Assembly: GCA_030427685.1 (NCBI GenBank)
Contig: JAUIBB010000001.1
Span: forward strand, 1-53,257
DNA: 53,257 bases
Reading direction: 5' to 3'
Origin: Alphaproteobacteria bacterium
GTDB lineage: Bacteria > Pseudomonadota > Alphaproteobacteria > Rickettsiales > UBA3002
Shown here: positions 1 to 7,787 of the stretch, piece after piece
Numbering within the stretch: position 1 is the stretch's first letter
Layout of the letters: the number at the start of each line of letters is the position of its first letter
Notes under the pieces: generated by a model
What the model was told of the DNA's origin: nothing
What the model saw: only the letters and a program-made list of their open reading frames with translations
Database searches by the model: none
Translations under genes and position numbers: made by a program

Positions 1-57
1 GGTCATTTCATCGCCATCGAGTTCAACAACCGGGGTGGCTACCTTAATTTTCGTCAT
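1..57 (-). CDS. icd: NADP-dependent isocitrate dehydrogenase, first 19 codons only (gene runs off the left edge)
   Basis: Minus-strand ATG at 57-55 preceded by a GAGAGG SD. Translation MTKIKVATPVVELDGDEMT resembles the conserved N-terminus (PVVE.DGDEMTR) of homodimeric NADP-IDH. Confidence 0.55.
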   Translation of the reverse strand, partial: MTKIKVATPVVELDGDEMT

Positions 58-140
58 AATACCTCTCACAATGAGGGGGAATTGATAGCAAATCCCCGTA
101 CACATGCAAGCGGTGAGGAAGAAAAGATCATGCGTCGTGA

Positions 141-929
141 TTAGAACCCGGTGATGAAAATCGGAATGCACCCCAGCACATCATTATCGAGCTGATACGC
201 GTCGTCATCAGCATTCACGCAATCCGGCTGCACGGCATTGCGATAGCCCATCACCACGCCCGACTGCGGATTGCCGTCGTCAATTTTACTGTCGATGTTG
301 AAGGACTCGGCCCCCGTTAAAAGGCCACCGGTCAGGGGGCCAGCATTGAGGATATTGCCATAATCTGCAGGGAAGAATGCCGTGTCGCCATCAAACGACC
401 CGACACCGTAGAGCATCCACCCGGCATTGCCCACGCGAGAGGCAGGGACGTTCTCGCCCACTTCCTGATTGTTCAACAGTCCGGGAACCCCGGTATACGA
501 TCCTTCGATCATTTTGGCGTTAGCCAGTTGCTGCCAGGCGCGCAGCATCTCATGCGCCGTCAGGGCGCTGTCGCCGATCAGGGAGTTTCCATCGCCATTG
601 CAGGTAGCCGTCCCTGCGCTGGGGGCACTACCGTCCAGCGCCAGACAGGTAAGGTCCAGGCCATCGGATGACGCCCCGGCAGCCGCGCCCCAGAAGCTCA
701 CCGCATTGGCCATGTCACCGGGCAGCGCATAATATTTTTCACGGAAACTTCCCAGTGCCCGCTGGTAATGCTGAAATTCCGAAACAATGTCACGCAATTG
801 TGCCGAGCGAATCAGCGCCTTGCCTGCCAGCACGCCGCCGGTCAGCACGCCAATAATGACCAGAACAATGGCCATTTCAATCAAAGTAAAGGCAGTGCGT
901 TGCGTCTGTTTCATGGGATACCACGGCAT
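141..929 (-). CDS. Prepilin-type N-terminal cleavage/methylation domain protein (type IV pilin / pseudopilin-like)
   Basis: N-terminus MPWYPMKQTQRTA|FTLIEMAIVLVIIGVLTGGVLAG is the class III signal and hydrophobic helix of pilins. The C-terminal domain has two Cys pairs. AAGGGA SD lies upstream of the first ATG; an alternative start is at 914. Confidence 0.7.
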   Translation of the reverse strand: MPWYPMKQTQRTAFTLIEMAIVLVIIGVLTGGVLAGKALIRSAQLRDIVSEFQHYQRALGSFREKYYALPGDMANAVSFWGAAAGASSDGLDLTCLALDGSAPSAGTATCNGDGNSLIGDSALTAHEMLRAWQQLANAKMIEGSYTGVPGLLNNQEVGENVPASRVGNAGWMLYGVGSFDGDTAFFPADYGNILNAGPLTGGLLTGAESFNIDSKIDDGNPQSGVVMGYRNAVQPDCVNADDDAYQLDNDVLGCIPIFITGF

Positions 930-997
930 GCTTGGGGTTCCCTTACGTTGTAGTGAGGATACCGCACCGTGGCAACCGCTAACTCAGACGCCGCACG

Positions 998-1444
998 CTA
1001 GAAATTCACGTAACCAATACGGCCACGTTTCGTTGCGCCGCCACGCGTTCCGGGCGTGGTAATCGTCACCGATTTGCCGCCATCACCCCCACTGGCATCA
1101 CGCAGTTCCGAGGCGACCGCCGCTTTAGCGGCCAGCACGTCTGCCTTATCACTGGCAGCACTGGCGGCGGCGGCTTCCGCCGCAGCGCGTTGGGCAGCTT
1201 CGGCTTCCGCCTGTGCCCGTGCAGCAGCCGCGGCCGCCGCGATCTGTGCCTGCTCCTGTGCGGCACGGTCTGCCGCAGCCTCATCCTCTTCAGATACGTC
1301 TTCTGTTTCCTCCGCATTAGGATCAACATTGTTCGACGCGTTGTTGGAGGCGGCATTTTCCGTCAGCGGATCGGCCAGCGCGACAGGCGCCACAAGATAC
1401 ATCGCGACAAACACCACCACCCAAATTGATTTAAACCCAGCCAT
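998..1444 (-). CDS. Secreted Ala/Glu-rich low-complexity protein, function unknown
   Basis: Sec-type signal peptide (WVVVFVAMYLVAPVALA|DP), an acidic stretch, then an AEAEAAQRAAAEAAAA-type helical repeat. GAGAGG SD 8 nt upstream of the ATG. Confidence 0.6.
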   Translation of the reverse strand: MAGFKSIWVVVFVAMYLVAPVALADPLTENAASNNASNNVDPNAEETEDVSEEDEAAADRAAQEQAQIAAAAAAARAQAEAEAAQRAAAEAAAASAASDKADVLAAKAAVASELRDASGGDGGKSVTITTPGTRGGATKRGRIGYVNF

Positions 1445-1674
1445 AGAAATTGCCTCTCACTGTATGAACAAATCTATGCTAACACAAAACACAGAATACA
1501 ACAATTTGTTTGTTTTCTAGTAGGCTAGCACGCAACCCACGTGATTTGCCATTAAACATTTCATAAAATAATGCATTATCTTTCAAGCGAGTGGCAGCAT
1601 ATTGCTGTAGCACCCCTTGCGAAATGTGGCTGGGTTGCTTATAGCCATAAGAACCATTCATTCTATCCTGTGAA

Positions 1675-2442
1675 GTGTTCGTTATGCCATCCTCCCTTTC
1701 CAAAGAGCGTTTGCGTCCCCTCATCGTGATTTTTCTCTGCCTGATCGGCTTTGGCGGCTATGCTGTCATGAGCGGCAGTGTCCCCACCCCGGTTGAACCC
1801 AATCAACCGCTGGAGGCGATTCCTCACATCGCACCGGGCGCTAGCGAAGCCAGTCAGAAGCAACAGCATTTTCTGGAAACGCGCTATGGGGGAAAATCCT
1901 CCGATCAGAAACACCAGACATTAGTAACCCGCGTTGGCATGGCGTTGGTCAGCAAAAGCGCTGCGCAAAACAGCGACGTGAATTTCCGCTTCCACGTCCT
2001 GAGCGAGCCCGACGCCATCAACGCCTTTGCGTTACCATCAGGCGATGTGTACGTCACCACAGCATTGGTCAACCGCATGCAGACCGAGGGTGAGCTGGCA
2101 GCCGTACTGGCCAACGGAATCGCCCACATCCTTGCGGGTGATCGCATGCAATCGGCGGAGCCAATCCCCGAGCAGGTCGATGCCACCACGAACATCAAGC
2201 TGCATTTCACGCCGGACGAAGAATCCGCTGCGGATGCGAAAGCCATCCTGTCGCTGAATGCTGCCGGATACAATCCGCAGGCGCTGCTAGGCATGTTTCA
2301 GGTGCTAACGGATGCGTATAATGCCGGTGCAGAGGTACCCTTCTTTGCCTCGCACCCCAGCGATAGCTGGCGGCTGACCAACATCGCCAACGCCATCGCT
2401 AAACTCTACCCTAACGGCGTTCCGGCAGAACTCAGCAAATAA
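1675..2442 (+). CDS. M48 (Ste24/HtpX-like) metallopeptidase homologue with degenerate active site, N-terminal membrane anchor
   Basis: Family landmarks are present: NAFALPSGDVYVT, E..AAD, GYNP, FASHPS....R. The HExxH position reads NGIAH (nt 2113-2127). Start is GTG 1675 or ATG 1684. Confidence 0.7.
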   Translation: MFVMPSSLSKERLRPLIVIFLCLIGFGGYAVMSGSVPTPVEPNQPLEAIPHIAPGASEASQKQQHFLETRYGGKSSDQKHQTLVTRVGMALVSKSAAQNSDVNFRFHVLSEPDAINAFALPSGDVYVTTALVNRMQTEGELAAVLANGIAHILAGDRMQSAEPIPEQVDATTNIKLHFTPDEESAADAKAILSLNAAGYNPQALLGMFQVLTDAYNAGAEVPFFASHPSDSWRLTNIANAIAKLYPNGVPAELSK

Positions 2443-2455
2443 GCCCTTAGGCCGC

Positions 2456-2532
2456 TGGCGGTCCCGACGTGATTCGAACACGTGGCCTAGCGTTTAGGAA
2501 ACGCTTGCTCTATCCAGCTGAGCTACGGGACC
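2456..2532 (-). tRNA. tRNA-Arg (anticodon CCU), CCA encoded
   Basis: Reverse complement folds as a cloverleaf. Acceptor GGTCCCG/CGGGACC, D arm GCTC-AGCTGGATA-GAGC, anticodon stem AGCGT/ACGCT with loop TTCCTAA, T arm ACGTG-TTCGAAT-CACGT, then GCCA. Confidence 0.93.
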
Positions 2533-2586
2533 ATCTTGCGGCGCTGTTCTTCGCCTAGCGCAAGGCGCTGCAAAATACTACTGGCT

Positions 2587-3342
2587 TTAGCGGCCCCACC
2601 CATCAGCTGAGCGGTTGGCGCGCTTGGGCGCCCCGGCGCCCCCGGACTGTTCTGTGTGCAATAGGGCAAACGCGTCCGGGTCGATAGACATAGCCTCCGC
2701 GAGCATATCTTCTGCGCTCATGTTGTCCGAAACGCCAAGCGCTTTGCCCACATTTCTGGCAAATTGCTTCACCACATCCACCCGCGCATTGCCATTTAAC
2801 GGGCCGAACATCCCGACGCTGGCACGGGTATTTTGAAGGTAGTTCTGCAACCACTCTGCTTCCATAATATCGGCGTATAGCGCGGCAGACAGCTTTTCCT
2901 CCAACGCTTCAGCCGGCATAGCTTTCTGCTCCTGGCTGGTGAGGTGCTGCCGCACTGCATCAACCATAATATTCGCGGCAATGCGATACGCCGGCAGTTG
3001 GGCGACTTCTTCTGCTTTTGTGAACACATCAGTACGCTTGCGGCGCGCCGGAGCAATACCGGAAGACGGCGCGTCCATCAGTTTCTGTGTCACGGCGCCA
3101 TCAATCATGGCTGAGACAGTGTCAAACCCAAGGGCATTGGCAATCGCAGTGAGCTCGTGACCGGCGAAGGCCTGTCCACTACCCTCCTGCAACCCTTGTT
3201 GTAAGCGCGTCTCCAACAAGCCACTTTTTTCAGCCAGTTCTGCGTTCTGGATACTCCGATGCTGGATCAGCACACGCGCGGCTTTCAGCCCATCCCTATA
3301 ATCATGTGGACGATAGGTTGCCGATGCAGCCGTATAACGCAT
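2587..3342 (-). CDS. Hypothetical protein with N-terminal XRE/Cro-like helix-turn-helix
   Basis: AGGAGG SD 7 nt upstream of the ATG at 3342, so the longer ORF start at 3366 was rejected. LKAARVLIQHRSIQNAELAEKSGLLETRLQQGLQEG...LTAIANALGFD fits the XRE HTH pattern. The roughly 170-aa C-terminal part is unrecognised. Confidence 0.55.
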   Translation of the reverse strand: MRYTAASATYRPHDYRDGLKAARVLIQHRSIQNAELAEKSGLLETRLQQGLQEGSGQAFAGHELTAIANALGFDTVSAMIDGAVTQKLMDAPSSGIAPARRKRTDVFTKAEEVAQLPAYRIAANIMVDAVRQHLTSQEQKAMPAEALEEKLSAALYADIMEAEWLQNYLQNTRASVGMFGPLNGNARVDVVKQFARNVGKALGVSDNMSAEDMLAEAMSIDPDAFALLHTEQSGGAGAPKRANRSADGWGR

Positions 3343-3482
3343 AATGATACCTCCTGATGCAATCACGCACGCATCCTACAACGCCTATATGTCGGTTTGA
3401 TGACATCGCGGTGACAATCGGGTGACGATTCTGCGCTATCCTGTTTGACTTTTGCCTTCGTTATGTTACGAAACGCCCGATA

Positions 3483-3506
3483 AACCCGGCGTTCGGGTTG
3501 CTTTTT
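3483..3506 (+). terminator. Intrinsic-terminator-like hairpin in the putA leader
   Basis: AACCCG-gcgtt-CGGGTT (6-bp stem), then GCTTTTTG, ending 6 nt before the putA GGAG SD. Confidence 0.4.
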
Positions 3507-3519
3507 GTTATCGGAGATA

Positions 3520-6500
3520 ATGATGTCAGCCCTCGCCAGTACCCCCCATTTTACGCAAGAAATCCATTGGCTCGACACGATCAGTGCCCATGCGCTGGAT
3601 GACGAGGCCGCGTCGGTCAACGCGCTGCTCGCGCGCAGCGGCGATATTGGCGTCATGGATGCCGCCATTCGCGCACGTGCCGCTACCCTCATCGGCGCAC
3701 AACGCGACCTCGGCCCCGGCAGCACGGTCGAAGCGTTTTTGCAATCTTACGGCCTCTCCACCAAAGAGGGCATCGCGATGATGTGCCTTGCAGAAGCGCT
3801 ATTGCGGATTCCGGATTCCACCACCGCCGACAACCTGATTGAAGATACGTTCGCCACCGGCAACTGGAAGCAGCATCTCGGCCAGAGCGATTCTACCCTG
3901 GTCAATGCCAGCACTTGGGCATTGATGCTGACCGGCTCGGTGCTTGACCTTGATTCCGGCGATTCCGTCGCCTCATGGTTTGGTGGACTCATCAAGCGCT
4001 CCGGGGAGCCGGTGATCCGTCAGGCGCTGCGCTCGGGCATGAAAGTGCTCGGCACCCAGTTCGTGATGGGCGAGACTATCCCTGAGGCCATCAAAAACGC
4101 GCGTCCGGAAGAGAAAAAGGGCTACAGCATGTCGTACGATGTGCTGGGCGAAGCGGCGCGCACCGATACGCAGGCACAGCATTACGTGCAGTCCTACCTT
4201 TCCGGCATCCGCCAGATTGCAGCCAGCACCGATAAAACATCCCTGCTGGAACGCCCCGGCATTTCTGTCAAACTTTCCGCGCTGCACGCCCGTTATGGTG
4301 TCACACAGGAAGACCGGGTGATGGGCGAATTGCTGCCACGCCTCAAGGCCATCCTGCGCGTGGCGATGGAACATAACATCGCCGTTTCCCTCGATGCAGA
4401 GGAAGCCAACCGGCTGGAGCTACAGCTTGAGATCTACAAAAACCTGATCGAAGACCCGGAGTTCAAAGACTTCCACGGCATTGGGTTCGTACTCCAAGCC
4501 TACCAGAAGCGCGCCATCCACGTCGCCGTTGCCCTGCGTGAGCTAGCGGCACAGACCGGACGTCGGCTGCCGGTGCGGCTCGTCAAGGGTGCGTATTGGG
4601 ACACCGAAATCAAGAACGCACAAATCAACGGCCTGCCCGGCTACCCGGTCTATACCCGGAAAGAACATACCGACCTTTCCTACCTTGCCTGCGCGCGGGA
4701 GCTGCTGACGGATAGCGCCACCATCTACGCGCAGTTTGCGACCCATAACGCCCTCACCGCCGCGACGATTCTGGAGCTGGCCGAGAAGAACGGCCTCACC
4801 GCAGAGGATTTTGAATTCCAGCGCCTGCACGGCATGGGCGAATCGCTGCACGACCAGCTGGTCAAAACCCATCGCTGCCGCATTTATGCACCCGTGGGCG
4901 AGCATAAAGACCTGTTGGCCTACCTGATCCGTCGCCTGCTGGAAAACGGCGCGAACAGCTCGTTTGTCCATTTGCTACTCGACCATGCAACCCCGATCGA
5001 GCATCTTACCATCAGCCCCCTGACCCTTTCGCAGCAAAGCCAGGGCGAAATGAACCCGCTGATTCCACTCCCCTCCGGGCTCTATGGCGAAGCGCGCCGC
5101 AATCCGGAAGGGTTCGACCTCGGCTACCGCGCCCTGCGCCTTGCCTATATCAACGGGGTAGAACAGCATCTGGCGCAGCCACGCAGCACGGCCCCTGCCG
5201 ACAGCACGACCGAAGAAGCGCTGGCCGCCGTTGCCACCGCCCATGCCGCCTTCCATAGCTGGGACAATACCGGCGTCACAGTGCGCGCGGCAACTCTCCG
5301 TAATGCGGCTAACCTGCTTGAAAGCCGCACCCCTGAATTTCTTGCGCTGCTGATCGATGAGGCGAAGAAAACCTACAGCGATGCCATCGCGGAAGTGCGT
5401 GAAGCCATCGATTTCTGCCGCTACTACGCCAACGAGGCAGAGCGCCTCTACGCCCCCAAAACCCTCCCCGGGCCAACGGGTGAGAGCAACGTGCTGACCC
5501 TGCACGGGCGTGGCGTATTCCTCTGTATCTCGCCGTGGAATTTCCCCCTCGCCATTTTCATGGGGCAGGTGGTCGCAGCGCTCGTGACCGGCAACAGTGT
5601 CGTCGCCAAACCGGCAGAGCAAACACCGCGCATTGCCGCAGCAGCCGTAAGCCTCCTGCACGAGGCTGGCGTCCCCTCCGAGGTGCTGACACTTGCCTGC
5701 GGTCTGGGTGAAACCGTCGGTGCCGCATTGGTCGCCGCGCCGCAGATTGCCGGGGTATGCTTCACTGGCTCTACCTCCGTGGCGAAAATCATCAACCGCA
5801 GCCTCGCAGCAAAAGACGGCGCTATCGTCCCCTTCATTGCCGAGACCGGCGGCCTCAATGCCATGATCGTCGATTCTTCCGCATTGCTGGAGCAAGCGGT
5901 GGATGACATCATCACCAGCGCCTTCGCCTCAGCGGGGCAACGCTGTTCGTCGCTGCGCATGCTGTTCGTCCAACACGAAATTGCGCAGCCCCTGCACGAC
6001 CTGCTCACCGGTGCGATGGATGAGCTGCGCATGGGCACCACCCGCAACATCAGCACCGATATTGGCGCGGTGATCGACAAAGAAGCGCAGGAAACCCTCC
6101 TCGCGCATTGCGATGCGATGAAAAAGATCGCCCGCTGGCACCATGCCGTCGCCGCGCGTGATCTCGATGGCGATACCTACGTGCCTCCGCACGTGTTCGG
6201 CCTCGATTCACCCGACGTGCTGACGCAGGAAATGTTCGGCCCGATCCTGCATTTCTTCACCTATAAAGCCAAAGAGTTGCCCAAGGTGCTCGAGCGCATT
6301 CACGGCTCAGGTTACGGCCTTACCTTCGGCCTGCACAGCCGCCTGCGCCACGGCGTAGACGAAATCCTCGCAGCCGCACCTGTCGGCAACCGCTACGTCA
6401 ACCGCAGCATGACAGGCGCCGTTGTTGGTGTTCAGCCGTTTGGGGGTGAAGGATTGTCTGGCACGGGGCCCAAAGCAGGTGGCCCACACTACCTGCTACG

Positions 6501-6573
6501 CTTTATTGCCGAGCGGACAACGACCATCAACACCGCCGCCATCGGTGGCAATGTCGAGTTGCTGGGCGGCTAA
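3520..6573 (+). CDS. putA: Bifunctional proline dehydrogenase / L-glutamate gamma-semialdehyde (P5C) dehydrogenase, no N-terminal DNA-binding domain
   Basis: PRODH barrel motifs (GYSMSYDVLGEAART, VKGAYWD, HNA) followed by an ALDH domain (ISPWNFPLAIF, ETGGLNA, QRCS). GGAG SD precedes the ATGATG at 3520/3523. The tracked TTG start at 3505 would overlap the hairpin. Confidence 0.93.
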   Translation: MMSALASTPHFTQEIHWLDTISAHALDDEAASVNALLARSGDIGVMDAAIRARAATLIGAQRDLGPGSTVEAFLQSYGLSTKEGIAMMCLAEALLRIPDSTTADNLIEDTFATGNWKQHLGQSDSTLVNASTWALMLTGSVLDLDSGDSVASWFGGLIKRSGEPVIRQALRSGMKVLGTQFVMGETIPEAIKNARPEEKKGYSMSYDVLGEAARTDTQAQHYVQSYLSGIRQIAASTDKTSLLERPGISVKLSALHARYGVTQEDRVMGELLPRLKAILRVAMEHNIAVSLDAEEANRLELQLEIYKNLIEDPEFKDFHGIGFVLQAYQKRAIHVAVALRELAAQTGRRLPVRLVKGAYWDTEIKNAQINGLPGYPVYTRKEHTDLSYLACARELLTDSATIYAQFATHNALTAATILELAEKNGLTAEDFEFQRLHGMGESLHDQLVKTHRCRIYAPVGEHKDLLAYLIRRLLENGANSSFVHLLLDHATPIEHLTISPLTLSQQSQGEMNPLIPLPSGLYGEARRNPEGFDLGYRALRLAYINGVEQHLAQPRSTAPADSTTEEALAAVATAHAAFHSWDNTGVTVRAATLRNAANLLESRTPEFLALLIDEAKKTYSDAIAEVREAIDFCRYYANEAERLYAPKTLPGPTGESNVLTLHGRGVFLCISPWNFPLAIFMGQVVAALVTGNSVVAKPAEQTPRIAAAAVSLLHEAGVPSEVLTLACGLGETVGAALVAAPQIAGVCFTGSTSVAKIINRSLAAKDGAIVPFIAETGGLNAMIVDSSALLEQAVDDIITSAFASAGQRCSSLRMLFVQHEIAQPLHDLLTGAMDELRMGTTRNISTDIGAVIDKEAQETLLAHCDAMKKIARWHHAVAARDLDGDTYVPPHVFGLDSPDVLTQEMFGPILHFFTYKAKELPKVLERIHGSGYGLTFGLHSRLRHGVDEILAAAPVGNRYVNRSMTGAVVGVQPFGGEGLSGTGPKAGGPHYLLRFIAERTTTINTAAIGGNVELLGG

Positions 6574-7412
6574 AGTCGTCCGACTGCCAGCGCCAGCGCA
6601 CCGCTGTTGGGTTCCGGGAAATACCGGTTTTCACCAAGGCGAAGCCGCTCCATTTCGTCCATGGCAATAATCCGTGTCAGCGCGCCACCATGCCCTGCGA
6701 ACATCGATGTCAGCCATGCCGCAGTGTATTTGGTCATACCCTGCTGCTGGAATCGCTTTTCCACCAGCGCCATGGTCGCAGCCACATGGGCCCGCACACG
6801 CTCGGTCAATGTCTCAATGGGAACACCATATTCAAGAATCACGTCGGTTTCCTGCCGAGAAGAAGCGAACTGGCCGATCACCCGCGCGCAGGCGGCATGG
6901 TCAATATAATGCGAAATGCCCTCCAGAATCAGCAACGTTGGGCGGGAAGCATCATATCCATGCGCCGTAAGGCGTGGTATCAACGTCTCGCTGAGAATAT
7001 CCTGCTCGATAAAGGTAACCAGTCCGCTGCATTCCGGTGATAGCTCTGTATAAAGCGCCGCCTTCTCCGTGAACGGCGAAACATCTACCTCAAAAACACG
7101 CGCCACCTTTGCGCGCTGCTCAACACAAAGCTCCAGCCCCAGCGGACTCTTTCCCGCGGCTAGCAACACAACCTGCACTGGCCCCGAGCGCTGCACAAGG
7201 CACTCCGTTGCCAGGTGGTGCATGGCAACCTTACGGTTTGAAACCGCCTCACAGGTCGGTGCATAAACACCGATTGCCTTATGCTCTGCGATCATCTCAG
7301 CTGCTGAAGATAAATCCAGCCGTTCGAAATAGGCATGCGTTAGTGGTTTTGAACGAAAAACATCCGCGGCGAGATCCATGACCAGTGCGGCGGTCGGCTC
7401 AAGAATAATCAT
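6570..7412 (-). CDS. Class I SAM-dependent methyltransferase, leucine carboxyl methyltransferase (LCM/TcmP-like) family
   Basis: VVLLAAGKSPLGLEL, FEVDVSPF and PTLLILEGISHYI correspond to LCM family motifs. GGAG SD 5 nt before the ATG at 7412. The 384-aa ORF extension overlaps the divergent gene. Confidence 0.7.
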   Translation of the reverse strand: MIILEPTAALVMDLAADVFRSKPLTHAYFERLDLSSAAEMIAEHKAIGVYAPTCEAVSNRKVAMHHLATECLVQRSGPVQVVLLAAGKSPLGLELCVEQRAKVARVFEVDVSPFTEKAALYTELSPECSGLVTFIEQDILSETLIPRLTAHGYDASRPTLLILEGISHYIDHAACARVIGQFASSRQETDVILEYGVPIETLTERVRAHVAATMALVEKRFQQQGMTKYTAAWLTSMFAGHGGALTRIIAMDEMERLRLGENRYFPEPNSGALALAVGRL

Positions 7413-7511
7413 ATTGCTCCATCCCGGTCGGCATTGGTTCTCGGTTATAATGCGCGCCATTGTTGCAGATTCATTTTTGACTTTCCAAAAGAATGGGGGC
7501 AAACAAGTGTC

Positions 7512-7772
7512 ATGTCGCGCAGCAAACTTCAGACCGTCATCGAGAACGCCATCAGTAAGGCAGACAATAGCTATTTCTTCGAGAATTACACGAAGCAAGC
7601 GCAGGCTGTGATTAAAGCCCTCGATCAGGCAGGCTTCACGGTCATGCCCAAAGACATTCCCGAGGCCACCTGGACGCAAGTTGCTGACGAAATGCGCACA
7701 GGCCGCCTGAAGCCTGAAGAGCACGTTAAAGACGTATTTCTGACGCTGACGCGGATATTGGCCCGTAAGTAA
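7512..7772 (+). CDS. Hypothetical small soluble protein (86 aa)
   Basis: ORF with an internal ATG at 7512 (MSRSKLQTVIENA...). No recognisable motif. Divergent from the methyltransferase. Confidence 0.4.
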   Translation: MSRSKLQTVIENAISKADNSYFFENYTKQAQAVIKALDQAGFTVMPKDIPEATWTQVADEMRTGRLKPEEHVKDVFLTLTRILARK

Positions 7773-7787
7773 GGCCCTCTCTCACCG

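Noticed and set aside
133-151. GCGTCGTGATTAGAACCCG resembles the T-arm part of the tRNA-Arg gene (GACGTGATTCGAACACG, 14/17). It could mark the far end of an island integrated at the tRNA, spanning the pilin-like, Ala-rich and M48-like genes.
   Set aside because: Only the T-loop portion matches, and with 3 mismatches. The acceptor/CCA end that a true att repeat should include does not match. No integrase or other mobility gene is present. The match also overlaps the pilin gene's stop region. A chance match cannot be excluded.
1056-1520. 154-aa + strand ORF mirroring the Ala-rich gene.
   Set aside because: It is an antisense shadow of GCN-rich codons. It has no signal peptide or SD, whereas the minus-strand ORF has both.
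6570-7724. The full 384-aa version of the methyltransferase ORF.
   Set aside because: The N-terminal 104 codons overlap the divergent small gene and lack methyltransferase similarity. The internal ATG at 7412 has a GGAG SD and gives a typical length of about 280 aa.
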